Shown: piece by piece, positions 61,053 to 64,000 of the stretch | How the letters are laid out: the number at the start of each line of letters is the position of its first letter | How positions within the stretch are numbered: the stretch's first letter is position 1 | IMG/VR virus record: IMGVR_UViG_3300037484_000317 | DNA from: a virus | Lineage: Duplodnaviria; Heunggongvirae; Uroviricota; Caudoviricetes | Length of the DNA stretch: 64,000 bases | Reading direction: 5' to 3' (one strand) | Translations under genes and position numbers: made by a program | The notes under the pieces: model-generated | Databases searched by the model: none | What the model saw: the letters and a program-made list of their open reading frames with translations, nothing else | Told to the model about the DNA's origin: nothing

Positions 61053-61301
61053 ATGACCAATTCTCTCAAGGTTCTTCTTTCAATCTGTCTCTTGGTGGTA
61101 GCTTCTGGCTGTGGCGACGACGCTCCTCCTCCGGCAACGGATGCGGGCGACGTGGACATGGGCACCGTGGACGTGGACATGGGCACCGTGGACGTGGACA
61201 TGGGCACCGTGGACGTGGACATGGGCACCGTGGACGTGGACATGGGCACCGTGGACATGGGCACCGTGGACATGGGCGACGTAGACGGCGCCGCCGGCTG
61301 A
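61053..61301 (+). CDS. Small lipoprotein with acidic tandem repeats
   Basis: Signal peptide with lipobox VASG/C, then GDD...(DVDMGTV)x5. Confidence 0.75.
   Translation: MTNSLKVLLSICLLVVASGCGDDAPPPATDAGDVDMGTVDVDMGTVDVDMGTVDVDMGTVDVDMGTVDMGTVDMGDVDGAAG
61149..61277 (+). repeat. Coding tandem repeat: five perfect 21-nt units plus two truncated units
   Basis: GACGTGGACATGGGCACCGTG x5, then GACATGGGCACCGTG and GACATGGGC. Confidence 0.95.
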
Positions 61302-61322
61302 TCACAAGGGATTTTTCCGTGG

Positions 61323-61356
61323 CCCCTGAACCAACTCCAACAGGTTGGTTCAGGGG
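61323..61356. terminator. 13-bp perfect hairpin after the lipoprotein gene (possible terminator; no clear U-tract)
   Basis: CCCCTGAACCAAC / GTTGGTTCAGGGG. Confidence 0.4.
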
Positions 61357-61384
61357 CTTCGCCCTTTAAGGCGTAGGGTACTGC

Positions 61385-61711
61385 ATGCCCTTATCCGCTG
61401 AAACCAGGCTCTCGAACGTTCTTTTCGCGATCAACGACACCCTGGACGGGATGATCGCTCGCCCTCGCATGTACGGGAACGCTCAGACGTTGGAGATGGA
61501 GTTCATCACGCTCCTCGATATCAAGGAGGTGGCCCTTGGGATCAATCAGGACGCCCCCTACATGAAGGATCGTTGGATGCAGTTTGTGGATGAAATCTAC
61601 CCGAAGGGACCTCGAATCCTGTTCCTTTCCGGGCGGAGAGAGTGGGTCGGGGATGACTTTTTGGAGTTGGCTGCGCACTTCAAGGAATTTCGCCGTCGAT
61701 TTGCCCTCTGA
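61385..61711 (+). CDS. Hypothetical protein
   Basis: Its 20-nt upstream sequence is nearly identical to that of the 61053 gene. Confidence 0.6.
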   Translation: MPLSAETRLSNVLFAINDTLDGMIARPRMYGNAQTLEMEFITLLDIKEVALGINQDAPYMKDRWMQFVDEIYPKGPRILFLSGRREWVGDDFLELAAHFKEFRRRFAL

Positions 61712-61748
61712 TTCGTGAAAAGAATCCCTTGCGGCCCGTAACTAGGGC

Positions 61749-62261
61749 GTGAAGACCCTCTACATTCTGATCGGCGCGTCAGGCTCAGGCAAGTCCACGT
61801 GGATCCTGCTGCTCCGCAACCGCATGCTGGCCGCAGGAAAGCCCTGCAAGCCCCGCGACTTCGTGGTGTGCTCCGCTGATTCCTGGTTCTACCGCAACGA
61901 CGCCCGCGAGTACCAGTTCAACGTCCAAGAGCTGCGGGCTGCGCACAGTTCCAGCATGGGTCGCGCTCGTCTCGCCATGCGTCGGGGTGCCCAGAATGTC
62001 GTGATCGACAACACGAACCTGACCCTGGCCGAGATCAGTCGGTACATGGACCTGGGTCACGAGTTTGGGTACACGGTCGAGTTCCACATGTCTTCGGAGC
62101 AGGATCCTGAGGTTTTGTCTGGGCGTAACAAGCACGGGGTGCCCCTCAGTGGTATCCAGGTCCAACTCGCTCGGCTGGCAACCCTGATTGCCGATTGGCC
62201 CAGCGATTGGCCCGCGTACCAGCTCTTCGGAACGGACCGTAATGGCGAACCCCGCTCCTGA
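61749..62261 (+). CDS. P-loop kinase (AAA_33 / polynucleotide-kinase-like)
   Basis: Walker A GASGSGKS; VVIDNTNL; RNKHGVP. Confidence 0.8.
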   Translation: MKTLYILIGASGSGKSTWILLLRNRMLAAGKPCKPRDFVVCSADSWFYRNDAREYQFNVQELRAAHSSSMGRARLAMRRGAQNVVIDNTNLTLAEISRYMDLGHEFGYTVEFHMSSEQDPEVLSGRNKHGVPLSGIQVQLARLATLIADWPSDWPAYQLFGTDRNGEPRS

Positions 62262-62290
62262 CGGAACACTTTTCTTCAAGAATCGACATT

Positions 62291-62330
62291 CTGGTACTTG
62301 ACACCATAACCTTCTGGTATAGTTTACCAG
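62291..62330 (+). promoter_or_regulatory. Sigma70-like promoter overlapped by two NrtR-type operators
   Basis: TTGACA 62298-303 and TATAGT 62318-323 (or TAGTTT 62320-325). Operators CTGGT-N7-ACCAT (62291-307) and CTGGT-N7-ACCAG (62314-330). Confidence 0.65.
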
Positions 62331-62338
62331 TACCCAAG

Positions 62339-63076
62339 ATGACCCACACCTACGAATACCCCCGCCCCTCCCTGACCGTTGACTGCGTGATCTTCGGATT
62401 CGATCCGGATGCGTCCTTTCTCAAGGTGCTCTTGATCCGTCGAGCAGACGATCCATTCAAGGGCCACCTGGCTATCCCCGGCGGATTCGTCGAAGTACGG
62501 GACGATGCAAGCCAGGGGGAATCGATCGAAGATGCAGCTCGGCGTGAGCTGAAGGAAGAGACTGGCATCACGGTCGCATACCTTGAGCAGCTCTACACGT
62601 TCGGGACCCCAGGAAGAGACCCCAGAGGTCGTGTAATCACTGTCGCGTACGTCGCCCTCGTTCGGCAACAGGACTACATCATCGAGGCAGGGTCCGATGC
62701 GGCAGAGGCCAGCTGGTTCTCTGTTGAGTCTGCCCTTGGAGGCTACCTGGAACCGCTTGCCTTCGACCACCGGTCGATCTTGAAGCTGGCCTTGCAACGA
62801 CTTCAGGGGAAGATCCGATACGCCCCCATCGGGTTCAATCTCTTGCCGGACAGCTTCACACTGGGAGATCTCCGCAAGCTCTACGAGACACTTCTAGGGC
62901 GCCCCCTCGACATGTCCAACTTCAACAAGAAGGTGGGAAGAGTCCTCGTTCGTCCCGGTGTCCTCGTCAAGACCGGAGACGCTCAGAAGGGTTTCCATAG
63001 ACCCGCACCGTTGTACAGGTTCGACAGAGAAGCCTACGACAGAGCAGTTCTGAACGGATTCAACTTCGAGATTTGA
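62339..63076 (+). CDS. nrtR: NrtR: Nudix-related transcriptional regulator of NAD metabolism
   Basis: Nudix box GGFV...GESIEDAARRELKEETG; RDPRGRVITVAY; LAFDH; C-terminal wHTH FTLGDLRKLYE...SNF...RPAPLYRF. Confidence 0.88.
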   Translation: MTHTYEYPRPSLTVDCVIFGFDPDASFLKVLLIRRADDPFKGHLAIPGGFVEVRDDASQGESIEDAARRELKEETGITVAYLEQLYTFGTPGRDPRGRVITVAYVALVRQQDYIIEAGSDAAEASWFSVESALGGYLEPLAFDHRSILKLALQRLQGKIRYAPIGFNLLPDSFTLGDLRKLYETLLGRPLDMSNFNKKVGRVLVRPGVLVKTGDAQKGFHRPAPLYRFDREAYDRAVLNGFNFEI

Positions 63077-63092
63077 AAGGGATCAACACGCC

Positions 63093-64000
63093 ATGACCAT
63101 CATTGACAAGCTTCCAACCCCAGTCCTCCCCCTGTCGTCTAACCCAATCATGCGGACGGACTCCTACAAGGCAAGTCACTGGCTTCAGTACCCTCCGGGT
63201 GTGACTTCGATGTATTCGTACTTCGAGTCGCGTGGCGGGCGCTACCGCAGCACCGTGTTCTTCGGGCTCCAGTACTACCTCTACCAGTACCTGACCGAGA
63301 AGATCACGATGGCGCATGTGGCTGAGGCTGCGGACTTCTTCCTGGCACATGGTGAGCCTTTCAATCGTGAAGGCTGGGAGTACCTCGTAGAGAAGTACGA
63401 CGGTCACTTCCCCGTCCGCATTCGGGCAGTGCCTGAGGGCATCGTGGTGCCCGTGTCGAATGCTCTCTTCGACATTGAGCTGACGACGCCCGATCCCAAG
63501 GTGTTTTGGGTCGTTTCTTGGCTTGAAACCCTGCTCGTTCAGGTGTGGTACCCCACGACAGTCGCCACTGTCTCTCACTACTGCAAGCGCCTGATCCTAG
63601 AAGCGCTCGAAAAGTCCTCGGACAATCCGCAGGGAGAGATCGGATTCAAGCTCCACGACTTCGGAGCGCGCGGTGTCTCGACTCCGGAGGGTGCTCGTAT
63701 CGGAGGTGCCGCACACCTTGTGAACTTCCTCGGTTCGGACACTGTGGAGGGAATCCGCTGCGCCAACCACTACTACGGTGTGGCGGGGGGTATGGCTGGA
63801 TTCAGCATTCCGGCTGCGGAACACTCGACGATCACGATGTGGGGACGTGAGGGAGAGGAGGCGGCCTACCGCAACTTCGTGCAGCAGTACCTCATTGATC
63901 GAGTGATGCCCCCTGGCCTGCCAAAGATCGCAGCTTGCGTTTCGGACAGTTACGACATCTTCAATGCCATCGAGAACTATTGGTGTGGGTCCCTACACGA
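63093..64000 (+). CDS. nadV: Nicotinamide phosphoribosyltransferase (NAMPT), truncated at the window end
   Basis: My translation from ATG 63093 gives TDSYKASH, FFGLQY, VPEG, LHDFGARG, SIPAAEHS and SDSYD. The ORF is absent from the track because it has no stop in the window. Confidence 0.93.
   Translation, partial: MTIIDKLPTPVLPLSSNPIMRTDSYKASHWLQYPPGVTSMYSYFESRGGRYRSTVFFGLQYYLYQYLTEKITMAHVAEAADFFLAHGEPFNREGWEYLVEKYDGHFPVRIRAVPEGIVVPVSNALFDIELTTPDPKVFWVVSWLETLLVQVWYPTTVATVSHYCKRLILEALEKSSDNPQGEIGFKLHDFGARGVSTPEGARIGGAAHLVNFLGSDTVEGIRCANHYYGVAGGMAGFSIPAAEHSTITMWGREGEEAAYRNFVQQYLIDRVMPPGLPKIAACVSDSYDIFNAIENYWCGSLH

Noticed and set aside
61149-61277. CRISPR array
   Set aside because: The units are directly adjacent with no spacers and encode an in-frame peptide repeat. 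No cas operon is present; the Cas4-like nuclease at 42223 stands alone.
62629-62636. TCGTGTAA inside nrtR as a thirteenth promoter
   Set aside because: There is no CGTTAC 16 nt downstream, and it lies inside conserved coding sequence.
1-64000. Genome-wide TAG reassignment
   Set aside because: Genes tile densely under code 11, long conserved ORFs are unbroken, and several recognisable proteins end at TAG where their families end.

Overview
This 64 kb window reads as a fragment of a large tailed-phage (Caudoviricetes, probably jumbo/myovirus-type) genome. It is gene-dense, mostly + strand, roughly 55-60% GC by inspection, and consistent with the standard genetic code. From ~1-33 kb it holds mainly short hypothetical genes, many downstream of a 12-copy ECF-sigma-like promoter motif (TCGTGTAA-N16-CGTTAC). 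This part also has a solo TnpB, an HNH-NUMOD3 endonuclease, an amber-suppressor-type tRNA (anticodon CUA), a structured non-coding region with a permuted tRNA-like module, and a Gp5/VgrG-like baseplate gene. From ~33-48 kb come a CoaB-like/M23/methyltransferase trio, two paralogous beta-class DNA methyltransferases flanking an SbcD-like and a PD-(D/E)XK nuclease, and a NADAR gene. From ~48-60 kb are virion-type genes and seven unrelated proteins sharing one N-terminal leader (LRSxLIRLAxxxPELRxxLLPLL). The window ends with an NrtR-NAMPT NAD-salvage operon. Main highlights: (1) endonuclease genes hidden inside host genes in three ways: antisense with the sense frame kept open, +1 frame inside an open intein, and between the halves of an atypically split Ser1/Ser+1 intein in a putative neck protein; (2) the seven-member leader family, a candidate capsid-targeting/processing signal; (3) the suppressor tRNA and permuted tRNA-like RNA. 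All functional calls come from motif recognition by eye; no database searches were run.
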